A DNA stretch of 64,000 nt from Squalus acanthias (lineage: Eukaryota). Positions 24,609-37,392 of this stretch are shown here, piece by piece. Each line of letters opens with the position of its first letter. Within the stretch, counting starts at the first letter, position 1. Location of the stretch: contig CM059431.1 of the NCBI GenBank assembly GCA_030390025.1, positions 130,450,001-130,514,000 on the forward strand. The letters run 5' to 3'. A model generated the notes under the pieces. It was given only the letters and a program-made list of their open reading frames with translations. It had not been told where the DNA came from and did no database searches. Position numbers and translations under genes: made by a program.

Positions 24609-25219
24609 ATAATGTTTTACATTGAGCCATTTCCATACTCTCTTTTAGCCGATCTCCAATGGCATGTTGTGATGCGATAGCTGGTGAACATCAGAATGGA
24701 GTCCATGGCCATTAACAGATATTTCCAAGTGCTCTTCTGCTTTCTGATAAGACAGTGGACACTACCATTTTGATTGGTCAACGTCATCTTTGCTGCTTCC
24801 AAAGCTTTTGCCAGTTCCTCCTGTACCATTGACACCATCTTCTCTGCCAGATCCACCATTAGTATCTTTGTGTACTGAGAAGGCTAGGCATGTCCCTTCA
24901 CTGGAAGTTGCAGCTACAAGCTGCCCTCACTAATTTTAGCATATCAGACAGGTTAGTTGGTCAGGGTCTAGTCACTGCCACATACTAGAACTGCTTGGAG
25001 CTACTAAGGAGAGCTGGGTGCCAAAGAGAACCAAGACCAAAGATTCTACTTTACAGATTTCAGCTATCCATTATGCAGAAGAGCTAACTCATGAAAATTC
25101 TCCTTAATCTACAGAGAAAAATGTACGTGGTATACTGTGCTTTGCATATTATATAAAGCAGATACAGTTTACCAGATACATGCATCCACCCCGCATGCTG
25201 TTGAGCAAGTCAGTATCAA

Positions 25220-25557
25220 CAGAAACAACAACCTGCATTTATATAGCACCTGTAAATAGGAAAATGTCTCAAGGCGCTTCACAGGAGCGTTACAAACAAA
25301 ATTTGACAGCAAGCCACATTAAGAGATATTAGGACAGGGGAGAGGTAGGTTTTAAGGAGTGTCTTAAAGGAGAGAGAGGTAGAAAAGCGGAGAGGTTTAG
25401 AGAGGGAACTCCAGAGCTTGCAGCTGAAGGCATGGCTGCCAATGATGGGGCGATAGAAAACAGGGATGCAGAAGATGCCAGAATTCGAGGAGCGTAAAGA
25501 TCTCGGAGGATTGTAGGGCTGGAGGCTTTTATCAAGATAGGGAGGGGTGAGATTCAA
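25220..25557 (-). mobile_element. L2 3' end
   Basis: Reverse-strand copy of the 3620-3995 family, including the 3' UTR (gctatataaatgcaggttgttg). Confidence 0.85.
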
Positions 25558-25711
25558 GGTGTAAAATTAACACACATCTATCAACCCTTTGAAATGACCA
25601 GTTGTACCAAACCGCTTAAAGAAGTCTACTAACTGTTATGGCAGGGGTTAGATTTTAGTTAAGAAAGTTGCCACAGTGTGTATACTGTTCACAATGAGCC
25701 AAAATTCTTCA

Positions 25712-26947
25712 AAAAGAAGAAAAAGAAAGATATGCATTTATATAGCGCCTTTCACAACCACCGGACGTCCCAAAGCGCTTTACAGCCAATGAAGTAGTAT
25801 TTGAAGTACAGTCACTGTTGTAATGTAGGAAAGCGGCAGCCAATTTGCGCATACCAAGCTCCCACAAACTGCATTGCGATAATAACCAGATAATGGGCCA
25901 GAAATTCGGGTCTCCACGGGTGAGTACGCGCTGTGTACTCACCTGTAGACCCAATGAAAGTGCCGGTTTCGCGCATGCGCTGGAAACCGGAACTTCCGTT
26001 CCCTTGAAGGAAGGGGTTCGGAGGTCACACGCGTGCACCGGAGAGACAGCGCGCACGCATCGGACTTCCGTTTTTTTTTTCAGGTTTCTGTGTAAGGGTA
26101 AGTCCCCAGCAGCTGCGCGAGGAAAAAGCAGGCGCAAGGCCTGCTTTTAACAAGGTAAGTGGTGAATTAACTAAAATTTAAAAAATTTTTCCACAGGCTT
26201 ATTATTTTTAAATACTTTAAAGAAAGGTAAGTTTATTTTTAGCCCCATTAAAAACTGTAATTAATTTTTTCAAAAATTTAAATTATTGTTTAAAGTAGTT
26301 ATTTTGTGTAATTTATAGTTATTTTAAAAATGTGATTTAAAAAAAAATTATTTGAAGTTGTAGAGAGGTTTTGTGGCCGATCTCTATTCATAGATTTGAC
26401 TGGTCTTCCTGTCAAATCTATGAATGGAGATTCCCTGCTCCAATTGGCTCTCCATGGCCCACGTGATCCCAGGGGATGCTTCGAACTAACTGCGCCCCTG
26501 GGATACGCAAGCACTGTGCACCGGCAGCTGGAGAAGGCCCAGGATCGGAATTCCACGCGGGCCCAGAGCACAACGGCAGGCGCGCTAGGTAAGTGCAGGT
26601 TGGGGTGGGGGGCTTGCACCCGCGGGAAGCCTCCGACGCGAATTTCTGGCCCAATCTGGTTTTGTTATGTTGATTGAGGGATAAATATTGGCCAGGACAC
26701 CGGGGATTACTCCCTGCTCTTCTTCGAAATAGTGCCGTGGGATCTTTTACGTCCACCTGAGAGAGCAGATGGGGCCTCGGTTTAACGTCTCATCCGAAAG
26801 ATGGCACCTCCGACAGAGCAGCACTCCCTCAGTATGCACTGGAGTATCAGCCTAGATTTCTCTGTTCAAGTCTCTGGAGTGGGACTTGAATCCACAGCCT
26901 TCTGACTCAGAGGCGAGGGTGCTACCCACTGAGCCACAGCTGACACA
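25712..26947 (-). mobile_element. tRNA-derived Deu-domain SINE (SacSINE1-like), split by a MITE
   Basis: A/B-box head TGGCTCAGTGG...GGATTCAAGTCCC; central GGATGAGACGTTAAACCGAGGCCCC...GTAAAAGATCCC; L2-like tail GGCGCTATATAAATGCA(TCTT)n. Confidence 0.85.
25895..26652 (-). mobile_element. Harbinger-type MITE family A, copy 2 (inverted, more diverged)
   Basis: TIR GGGCCAGAAATTCG; exact AAT TSD (25892-94, 26653-55). Confidence 0.92.
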
Positions 26948-27607
26948 AACATCACTGATCAGCTATAATGAAAGGCAACTAATCATGAAATATGGACTAA
27001 CACCGGAAAGAATGACACCAGTGTAGGTAATTTACTTAGATTTTTAAAGTTTTCTTTTGATTCTATCCCAAACACAGAAAGTTCCGAAACTCAAACATAT
27101 TTTAGAATTCTTCTTCTATTAATTCCCTTAATTTTATTCATATGGAGATGTTATCAGTCTGATACAGGTACAAAGTCACTCTTTAAATACATTATTTAAG
27201 TATTTTTAAATCTTCTTACCTTAAATCAGTCTCATGGGTGAGTCCCAACTTCCCATTCGTTTAAGAGGGTATATTTTTGATTGAGGTAAACTTTCAGAAA
27301 TGGCCTGAAAAAATGACCAGCAAACCCTGTGCGGTAATTGCTTTTAGATACTGACTATCTTATGCCTCCATTAGGTTTTGCTTCAGTCTTCAAAAGTAGT
27401 CAAAAGTAGCAGAGCATCACACTAGACCTTGTTTAAAGTTTGAAATATAAAGCAAGCTTATTAAATAAATAATGAACATGTGTATTATCTAAGTGAACTA
27501 ATAATTATATATTTACAGTAAAGTCTTTTTTATCTAACTCATTGAGCAGACAAAATAATCAAACGATCACAACTCTAGAGAAACAATCTAATCATTTATA
27601 AATGACT

Positions 27608-30600
27608 TATAGAATCATAGAATGGTTACAGCACAGGAGGCCACCATTCGGCCCGTCGAGCCCGTGCCAGCTCTCTGCAAGAGCAATTCAGCTAGTCCCA
27701 CTCCCCTGCCCTTTCCCCTTGCCCTGCAATTTTTTTTCCTTCAGATACTTATCCAATTCCCTTTTAAAAGCCACAATTGAATCTGCCTCCACCACCCTCT
27801 CAGGCAGTGCATTCCAGATCATAACCACTCGCTGCGTAAAAATGTTTTTCCTCAGGTCGCCTTTGGTTCTTTTGCCAATCACCTTAAATCTGTGTCCTCT
27901 GGTTCTCGATCCTTCCGCCAATGGGAACAGTTTCTCTCTATCTACTCTGTCTAGACCCCTCATGATTTTGAACACCTCTATCAAATCTCCTCTCAACCTT
28001 CTCTGCTCTAAGGAGAGCAACCCCAACTTCTCCTATCTATCCATGTAACTGAAGTCCCTCATCCCTGGAACCATTCTTGTAAATCTTTTCTGCACCTCTC
28101 TAAGACCTTCACATCCTTCCTCAAGTGCGGTGCCCAGAATTGGACACAGTACTCCAGTTGAGGCCAGACAAATGTTTTATAAAGGTTCATCATAACTTCC
28201 TTGCTTTTGTACTCTATACCTCTATTTATGAAGCCCAGGATCCCATCTGCTTTTTCAACTGCTTTCTCAACCTGCCTTGCCACCTTCAACGATTTGTGCA
28301 CATATACCCCAAGTCTCTCTGTTCATGCACCCCCTTTAGAATTGTACCCTTTAGTTTATATTGCCTCTCCTCGTTCTTCCTACCAAAATGTATCACTTCG
28401 TACTTTTCTGCATTAAATTGCATCTGCCACGTGTCCGCCCATTCCACCAGTCTGTCTATGTCCTCTTGAAGTCTGTCGCTATCCTCCTCACTGTTCACTA
28501 TACTTCCAAATTTTGTGTCATCTGCAAATTCTGAAATAGTGCCCTGTACACCCAAGTCCAAAACATTAATAGATGAAATCAAGAAAAGCAGTGCTCCTAG
28601 TACCGACCCTTGGGGAACACCACTGTGTACCTTGCTCCAGTCCGAAAAACAACCGTTCACCGCTACACTCTGTTTCCTGTCACTTAGCGAATTTCGTATC
28701 CATGCTGCCACTGTCCTTTTTATTCCATGGGCTTCAACTTTGCTGGCAAGCCTATTCTGTGGCACTTTATCAAATGCCTTTTGGAAGTCCATGTACACCA
28801 CATCAACCACATTGCCCTCATCAACCCTCTCTGTTACCTCATCAAAAAACTCAATCAAGTTAGTTAAACACGATTTGCCTTTAACAAATCCGTGCTGGCT
28901 TTCCTTAATTAATCCACACTTGTCCAAGTGACTGTTAATTTTGTCCCGGATTATCGTTTCTAAAAGCTTCCCCACTACCGAGGTTAAACTGACTCGTCTG
29001 TCGTTGCTGCGTTTATCCTTACACCCTTTTTTGAACAAGGGTGTAACATTTGCAATGCTCCAGTCCTCTGGCACCACCCCCGTATCTAAGGAGGATTGGA
29101 AGATTATGGCCAGTACCTCCGCAATTTCCACCTTTACTTCCCTCAGCATCCAAGGATACATCCTATCCAGTCCTGGTGACTTTCTAGTACTTCCTCTTTA
29201 TCAATTTTTATCCCATCCAGTATCTCAACTACCTTCTCTTTCACTATGACTTTGGCAGCATCTTCTTCCTTGGTAAAGACAGATGCAAAGTACTCATTTA
29301 GTACCTTAGCCATGCCCAATGCCTCCATGCTTAGGTCTCTTTTTTGGTCCCTAGTTGGCCCCACCCCTCCTCTTACTACCCGTTTACTATTTATATGCCT
29401 ATAGAAGACTTTTGGGTTCCCTTTTATGTTAGCTGGCAATCTATTCTCATACTCTCTCTTTGCCCCTCTTATTTTCTTTTTCACTTCCCCTCTGAACTTT
29501 CTATATTCAGCTGTATTCTCAACCTGACATCTGTCATACGCACCCTTTTTCTGCTTCATCTTACTCTTGATCTCTTTTGTCATCCAGGGAGCTCTGACTT
29601 TGGCTGCCCTACCTTTCCCCCTTGTGGGAATGTACCTCGACTGTACCCAAACCATCTCTTTAAAGGCAGCCCATTGTTCAATTACAGTTTTGCCTGCCAA
29701 TCTTTGATTCCAATTTACCCGGGCCAGATCCATTCTCAACCCAGTGAAATTGGCCTTCCTCCAATTAAAGTATTTTTACTCTAGATTACTCTCTGTCCTT
29801 TTCTATAACTAGTCTAAACCTTATGATACTGTGATTACTGTTCCCTAAATGTTCCCCTACTGACAGTTGCTCCACTTGACCCACCTCATTCCCCAGAACC
29901 AGATCCAGCAATGCCTCCTTCCTCATTGGACCGGAAACATACTGATCAAGAAAGTTCTCCTGAAGTCACTTCAGAAATTCTTCCCCCTCTCTGACCTTTA
30001 CACTATTACTATCCCAGTCTATATTAGGTTAGTTGAAGTACGCCATTATCACTACTCTATAGTTCTTGCACCTCTCTGTAATTTCCCTGCAAATTTGCTC
30101 CTCTATTTCCTTCCCAGTACTTGGTTACCTATAGAATACACCTAGTAGTGTAATGGCACCTCTATTGTTTCTCAACTCTAACCAAATAGATCCTGTCTTG
30201 ACCCCTCGAGGACATCCTCTCTCTCCAGCACTGTAATATTCTCCTTAATACCGCCACCCCACCTCCTTTCTTTCCTTCCCTATCTTTCCGGAACACCTTA
30301 TATCCAGGAATATTTAAAACCCAATCCTGCCCGTTTTTGAGCCAGGTCTCCGTTGTCGCCACAACATCATATTCCCATGTGACTATTTGCACCTGCAGCT
30401 CACCAACCTTATTTACCACACTTCGTGCGTTTACACACATGCACTGTAAACCTATCTTAGACCTTCTTGTATTTTCTCTGAGTCTGACCCCAACTTAATA
30501 CCTCACTATCTTTTACTCCAGTGCTATCTGTGTCTCCCAATCCTTTGTGCGCCTTGTTTCTCGTTTCTGGTGCCCATCCCCCTGCCAAATTAGTTAAAAC
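27608..30600 (-). mobile_element. CR1 LINE, near-complete ORF2 with frameshifts
   Basis: EN: VNARS, TETWL, RKDR..KKGGGV. RT: PLFKKG, QHGF, DFQKAFDKV, VPQGSVLG, FADD. 3' tail (attctatg)n. Confidence 0.95.
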
Positions 30601-31012
30601 TGCCACATTAGTTCTCAATACTCCCAGTGTTTCTTCTTTATCCAAGAATTCCCAACTGCCTACTGTGTTGCTTCTCAGACATTTTTTAGAATTTTCTCTT
30701 CTCGCTGCCAAATGGCTTTTGTGAAGTGAACTTTCAAATAGCCTGACTCAAGCAAAACTGCTTCAGTCAGTTAAATATAAAATGAAAAACTCTTGAAGTA
30801 TATTTGAAAATAGTGAATTACTCTTCCTCTGAAACCTGTTACCAGGGAGACTATAACAACAAATTTTGCAATATTATATTGGGATAGCTTAGTATAAGAT
30901 TTCTGGCCTTAGTTGACTGCTAAACTCACTTTGCATAATGGCTGAGTTTTAAAATGACAGCCATCAAAGAATCATTAAACAAAAATACATTATTATTGTC
31001 ACACCGGCACAA

Positions 31013-31235
31013 TCATGATGGAGATGTGAGAAGTCGCACAACACCAGGTTATAGTCCAACAGCTTTATTTGAAATCACAAGCTTTCGGAGCGCTGCTCCT
31101 TCATCAGGTGAAGTGAAGAGATGCATATAGGCACAGCATATATAGTCAGAGAACACTGCCAGATGATTACAGTTAATCTTTCTAACTGCCCTTTATCACA
31201 CCTCGGCAGAGAGATAATCACGGCAATCACAGGTG
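31013..31235 (-). mobile_element. Penelope-like element 3' pLTR fragment
   Basis: Homologous to 62786-62915 (gagaagtcgcacaacaccaggttatagtccaacag); carries a hammerhead motif. Confidence 0.8.
31075..31111 (-). ncRNA. Minimal type-I hammerhead ribozyme motif
   Basis: UCAC-CUGAUGA-A-GGAGC(agc)GCUCC-GAAA-GC-UU-GUGA: stem I UCAC/GUGA, 5-bp stem II, palindromic stem III (AAGCUU). Confidence 0.85.
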
Positions 31236-31482
31236 TGGGAAGGAGCCCTCGGATCCCAGCAGCGCTGCAGTGGTCATTGTGCAGCGCTGCACCTCTACCG
31301 CCCTCCCTGCTTAGTTTAGCGCTCCAGAAGGGAAGTGGTAGCGCTTGATTTGGCGCTCCAATTCCTTCCTGGCGCGCTAACACTGAATTTACCGAAAGCT
31401 GAGAATGATTAGCGCCTGCTGCTAATTTTTCCAGCTTTCAAAATTTACCACCCCAAACGGGGCGATACCGAATTTCTCCCCC
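31236..31482. mobile_element. Terminal fragment of a Harbinger element related to 45184-49374
   Basis: End ccccaaacggggcgataccgaatttctcccc resembles 49343-49374 (ccccaaatggggcgcgacctaatttctacccc); TTAGCGCC motifs. Confidence 0.65.
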
Positions 31483-31549
31483 TTGGTCTAAGAGGTAACC
31501 TTGTAGATGTAGCTACTCATCTAGCTCTCCCAAATCTAGGGAGAAAGTG

Positions 31550-34012
31550 CACATGGGTTTTATAAGAATAAAGAAATATTGATGAATTTATACAAAACAT
31601 TGGTTTAGCCACAGTTAGAGTACTGTGTGTAATTTTTGGCACCCCATTATTGAAAGGACATTAATGCCATAGATTCTAGAATGATGCCAAGTATAGGAAA
31701 TTGTAGTTATTAAAAGATATTGAGATGCAGGGGATATTTCCACAGGAGATGGGAAAGATAAAAGGAGATTTTGTGAAAGTTTAAAAAAATTATGAAGACT
31801 TTTGATAGAGTGAATAGGGAGACACTTGGGGGAATTTTTCGGGGTGTCAACAGGTGCCTTTGGTGGCGGGTTGTGTGGGAATTTTTTTTTATTGACAGCG
31901 GGTAGGGAACCCGCTGTCAACCCACCGCCACGCTAATTTCCCAGATGTCGGGTGTGTTAGCGCTGAACAGACCTGATACCAAGCGGCGGGGAAGGCAATT
32001 TAGGTGATTAAGAGCTTGTTAACAGCCTGTTAAAGAGAATTTTGAGCTCACTTTAACATTTTATGAGGTCATCCACAGGTTCCACGCTGCTCGGGGATCA
32101 CGTCAGGTAAGGAGGTCAGGAGTTGTGTCACCATGAAATGATCTCTTTACTTGACAGCAGCAAATGTGGTATAAAAGCTCCCATCTCACAGCTGTTCACT
32201 TTCCAAGCTCAGAAGCTGTTGCTTACTGCATTTGCAAAAACAGATTGAGCTTTATGCAGGTTGGAAGCGTTTGGAGTAAACTCTGTATCCAGTGTCACCT
32301 CATTTGAACAACCTCTCTCACCATTGACAGATCGCTTCCATCATCTCAAGTTCAACTGCCATCTATTATATCGGCATCAGTGCCCTTGAAACTATCTCAC
32401 CTTGGTCCTCAGAATCCCACCACGATCAGCCCCAACACCAGCAGCACCAGGCACACCAGCAGCACCAACAACAACACCAACCTTCTCCGCAAATAAACAA
32501 TGCTGCACAGGACAGAGGGAATCAGCACCCGACCACATTGCTGCCTGGGACGCCGGGGAGGGCCTCACCATGGCCAGATTTACTTCACCTGGCTGCCACA
32601 TGATGCGCCAGGTTGGCACCACCCCACAGCAACACCAGAAAGCATTCCTTTCACACTCATCACCATTGCGGGGGGTACCGTTATGTCTCACCATTCACTG
32701 CAACTCACTAAGCCACTTCCAAAGGTGCACACAAATCTGTCCAAGAACACACAGTTTTGAAAATAAAGATTTCAATGTTTGACAGCACATCAATAGAAAC
32801 TTCACATGAACATTGGCTAAAACACCCAAGTGCCTACCCTTGTGTGTTGTTGGTTGGTATGTTTGGACTAGGATGAGGGTGAGTGTGAGGGGTGGCTAGT
32901 GAGATGTGGAAGTGATAATGTAGTTAGAGAGGGATGGGTGGAGATGCAAGGTAAGTTGGTGTGAGTAAAGATGACGTCATCAGACCCGCTTCCTTCAATT
33001 GGCCGGCAAATGCGCTGGGCGGAATTAACAATCCCAATCAACGTAAAATGACTTTGGACAGCGGGTTGGAGACAGCAGCGAGGTCGGGACCTGCCACCAA
33101 CCCCGGCTGCACCGGACCCGCCGAGGTCGGGAAATTGCGGCCCAAATTTCTTCTGGTTGGGGTGTCAGTGATAAGTTGTCATCAATTTATAATTATTACT
33201 AATAGAGTGAGGAGAAAGGTTAGGAGAAATGTCTTTACAGTGAGGGTTATTGGACAATTGAATACTTTGCTACAGGGAGTGTTTGAGATAGAGACCATAG
33301 TATCTTTTAAAGGAAACTTGGATAATATCTGAAGCAGAGGAAGATGCATGACTATTTTGAGAGTATAGGGAAGTGGAAATAGTTTTAGATTGCTCTAGCA
33401 ATCTAGACAAGTTGGGCACAATGCCCTCCTTCGGTGCTGTAAGCATTTATGGTATACTGTGGATTCAGGAAATACATTAAAGACTGTTTTTGAAGTCAGT
33501 ATGCTGCAAGTCCTAATAAAGAAGGGTGCAGCTAGTAGATCTAGTTCCGAACTAGGCCAACTGAGGGACCTGAAAGTAGGATTACATTTAGTGATCATAA
33601 GATAGTTAGTGTTTAGTCAGATGGTAAGAAAAAGGATTCAAAAAGCTGCTGGGACTGGAAAAGAGGAAATTCTAGAGGGATGAAAGGGACCAAGTTCAAA
33701 TTAAGTGAATGGAAAAATTGACAGATAAAAGCAGATCAGCAGTGGGAAATATTTAATTGCAAGTTAGATAGGGTACAAACTAAATAACTTCCTGACCAAT
33801 AGTAAAGGTGTTGCATCAAAATCCATTGTTCCATTGATTAATAAGGAGATCAAGTCTAATATGAAGTCTAAGATGGAGGCTTACGATAAAGTTAATGTTA
33901 GAGAGAAAAACAGGAGCAGTACTAGAAGCAGAGAAGAAAAAGAGAGATTAGAGAGAGGGTGAAAATAGTCTGGTGGTCAGCATAAATGGTAACAGAGGTT
34001 TTTATAAGCACA
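31550..34012 (+). mobile_element. Old CR1 fragments (31550-31827, 33144-33450, 33480-34012), split by a Harbinger derivative
   Basis: LYKTLV.PQLEYCV.FWHP and RRNVFTVRV motifs; decayed. Confidence 0.65.
31828..33143 (+). mobile_element. Internally deleted Harbinger derivative
   Basis: Termini gggggaattttt / gaaattgcggccc; the internal part (32390-32960) is the reverse complement of 59540-60180. Confidence 0.7.
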
Positions 34013-34574
34013 TCAACAACAACAACTTGTATAGCGCCTTTAGCGTAGTAAAACGTCCCAAGGTGCTTCACAGGAGCCTTATCAAACAAAATTTGACACG
34101 GAGCCACACGAGGAGATATTAGGGTAGATGACCAAAAGCTTGGTCAAAGAGGTAGGTATTAAGGAGTGTCTTAAAGGAGGAAAGAGAGGTCGAGAAGTGG
34201 AGAGGTTTAGGGAGGGAATTCCAGAGCTTAGGGCTTTGGCAGCTGAAGGCATGACCACCAATGGTTGAGCGATTAAAATTGGGGATGCTCAAGAGGCCAT
34301 AATTTCAGGAGCGCAGATATCTCAGGGGGTTGTGGGGCTGGAGGCGATTACAGAGACAGGGAGGGGCGAGGCCACGGAGGGATTTATAAAACAAGGAGGA
34401 GAATTTTAAAAATCAAGGCGTTGCTTAACCAGGAGCCAATGTAGGTCAGCGAGCACAGAGGTGATGGGTGAACAGGACTTGGTGCGAGTTTGGACACGGG
34501 CATCAGAGTTTTGGGTGAACTCAAGTTTATGGAGGGTAGAATGTGGGAGGCCAGCCAGGAGTGGGAGAATGTGG

Positions 34575-35648
34575 GAGGCCAGCCAGATGGTAAGGCTGGC
34601 TGGCTGTGGGCGGGAGGGCCTGCGCCACTAGGCCGCACAGAGCAGGGAGAGAGGGATTGGGTGGGGACTGGTGTCTCACTCCTGAGGATCGGGTGGGAAA
34701 AGCACGAGATCAGGGCCGTCAAGGGACTGCGGTGGGGGGGGGGCGGCGGGGGCGTTTGGAGGTGGAGGGAAACAAACAAGAGGTTGGCCGTCGAGGGACC
34801 GGGGGCGGGGGCCGTCGAGGGACCGGGGCGTAGGGGGAGGCAAGAGATCGGGGACATCGAGGGACCCGGGGGTAGGGGGAGGCAAGAGATCGGGGACATC
34901 GAGGGACCAGGGGGTAGGGGGAGGCAAGAGATCGGGGACATCGAGGGACTGGGGGGGGGGCAGGGGGAGGGAAGCAAGAGAACTGGGCCATCGAGGGACC
35001 GGGGATGGGGGCAGGAAGCAGGAGATTGGGGCCGTTGGGGGAGGGGGGTTGGGCAGGGATAGGGAAGAGATCGGGGCCATCGATGGACCAGAGGGGGGAG
35101 GCAAGAGATTGGGGCCATCGAGGGAGTGGGGGGGGGGGGAGGCATATCATCAGGGATGGTGAGAGACCGGGGGTGGGGGCAGCGAAGCAAGAGATCGGGG
35201 CCGTCGAGGGACAGGGCGGGGGAGGCAAGAGATTGGGGCCAGCCACCAGAAGATCAGGCCGACCTCAGGATCATCGGTGGTGGGGGGTGGAGGCATCTGG
35301 GAAGGTGATCGGAGGCCTCGTGAGGGGGTGTGTTAGGTAGTGACCCTGGATCCAGGAGGCAACTTAGCTGCTGGATACAGCAGTCCCTGCCTTGCTGTAA
35401 CTGCCGAGTTTTACAAAGTGTGTAAAACCGAACCAGATGCAGTTGAAAACAAAATGGAGGCTAAAGAAGAGGCGTCCAGCCTCATTAGAATAATGAAATT
35501 GATATCCTGCCTCGTGGGAGCGGGTTGGCTGCCTGCCCCCGTCAAATCCGGAAGTGGGGGGGTGGAGGCAGGTTCAATTTGGGAATCTGATTTTTAACAA
35601 TTTAACTACCTCCACGCTCCAATCCCACCCTTTTATTAGGTTAAAATG
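34575..35648. mobile_element. Harbinger-type MITE remnant containing a G-rich minisatellite
   Basis: End 35480-35648 matches 19945-20116 (ccggaagtggg...ggttaaaat). Confidence 0.6.
34790..35240 (+). repeat. G-rich minisatellite, ~42-bp unit
   Basis: tcgagggacc(n)ggggtagggggaggcaagagatcggggaca at 34815, 34857, 34899 and 34941, then degenerate copies. Confidence 0.88.
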
Positions 35649-37392
35649 CATAGAATCATAGAAAGTTACAGCACGGAAGGAGGCCAATTCGGCCCATCGT
35701 GTCCGCGCCGGCCAACAAAGAGCTATCCAGCCTAATCCCATTTCCCAGCTCTTGGTCCATAGCCCTGCAGGTTAGAGCATCCCAAGTGCACATCCATGTA
35801 CTTTTTAAATGTGGTTAGAGTTCCTGCCTCTACCACCCTTTCAGGCAATGAGTTCCAGACCCCCACAACCCTCTGTGTGAAGAAATTTCCCCTCAAATCC
35901 CCTCTAAACCTTCCCCCAATTACTTTAAATCTGTGCCCCCTGGTTTTTGACCCCTCTGCTAGGGGAAATAGGTCCTTTCTATCCACTTTATCCATGCCCA
36001 TCATAATTTTATACACCTCAATAAGGTCTCCCCTCAGCCTCCTCTGTTCCAAGGAAAACAGACCCAACCTATCCAGTCTTTCCTCATAGCTAAGATTCTC
36101 TACTCCTGGCAACATCCTTGTAAATCTCCTCTGTTCCCTCTCAAGTGCAATCACATCTTTCCTGTAATGTGGTGTCTAGAACTGCCGCAGTACTCTAGCT
36201 GAGGCCGAACTAGTGTTTTATACAGTTGAAGCATAACCCCACTGCTCTTGTATTCTATGCTACGGCTAATAAAGGCAAGCATTCCGTATGCCTTCTTAAC
36301 TACCTTATCTACTTGGCCTGCTACCTTCAGGGATCTGTGGACATGTACTCCAAGGTCCCTTTGTTCCTCTACACTACTCAGTGTCCTACCATTTAATTCC
36401 TTGTTAGCCCTCCCTAAATGCATTACCTCACACTTCTCCAGATTGAATTCCATTTGCCACTGTTCTGCACACCTGACCAATTTATTAATATCTTCCTGCA
36501 GTCTACAGCTTCCTTCTTCAGTATCTACCACACAGCCGATTTTAGTATCATCTGCAAACTTCTTAATCATACCCTCTATATTCAAGTCAAGATCGTTGAT
36601 ATACACCACAAAAAGCAAGGGACCTTATACTGAGCCCTGCGGAACCCCACTGGAAACAGCCTTCCAGTCACAAAAACACCCATCATCCATTACCCTTTGC
36701 TTCCTGTCTCCGAGGCAGTTTTGAATCCAACTTGACACTTTGCGCTGGATCCCCATGGGCTTTTAACTTCGTGACCAGTCTGCCATGTGGAACCTTATCA
36801 ACAGCCTTGCTAAAGTCCATATACACTACATCAAACGCACTACCCTCATCTACCCTCGTTACCTCCTCAAAAAATTCAATCAAGTTTGTCAGACACGACC
36901 TTCCCTTAACAAATCCGTGCTGACTATCCTTGATTAATCCGTGTCTTTCTAAATGAAGATTTATCCTGTCCTTCAGAATTCTTTCCAATAATTTTCCCAC
37001 CACCGAGGTTAGGCTGACTGGCCTATAATTACTCGGTCTATCCTTTTCTCCCTTTTTAAACAAGGGTACCACATTAGCAGTCCTCCAGTCCTCCGGCACC
37101 ACACCTGAGGCCAGAGAGGATTGAAAAATGATGGTCAGGGCCTCTGCTATTTCCTCTTTTGCTTCGCTTAACAGCCTGGGATACATTTCATCCGGACCTG
37201 GGGATTTATCCACTTTTAAAGCTGCTAAACCCCTTAATACTTCCTCTCTCACTATGTTTATTTCATCTAATATTTCACACTCCTCCCCCCCCGATAGCAA
37301 TGTCTGCTTCGCCCCTCTCCTTTGTGAAAACAGACGCAAAATATTCATTAAGAACCCTACCGACGTCTCCCGCCTCCACACACAGATTACAC
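35649..37392 (-). mobile_element. CR1 LINE, 5'-truncated
   Basis: KSPGPD, NYRPVSLTSVVGK, KFADDTK and RRLRGDLIEVYK motifs; (attctatg) tail. Confidence 0.95.

Noticed and set aside
24617..24859. 80-aa helical ORF (MVDLAEKMVS...)
   Set aside because: No splice support or domain; more likely a decayed Harbinger ORF2 piece.
34384..35340. Pro-rich and Gly-rich ORFs
   Set aside because: Artefacts of the G-rich 42-bp repeat.
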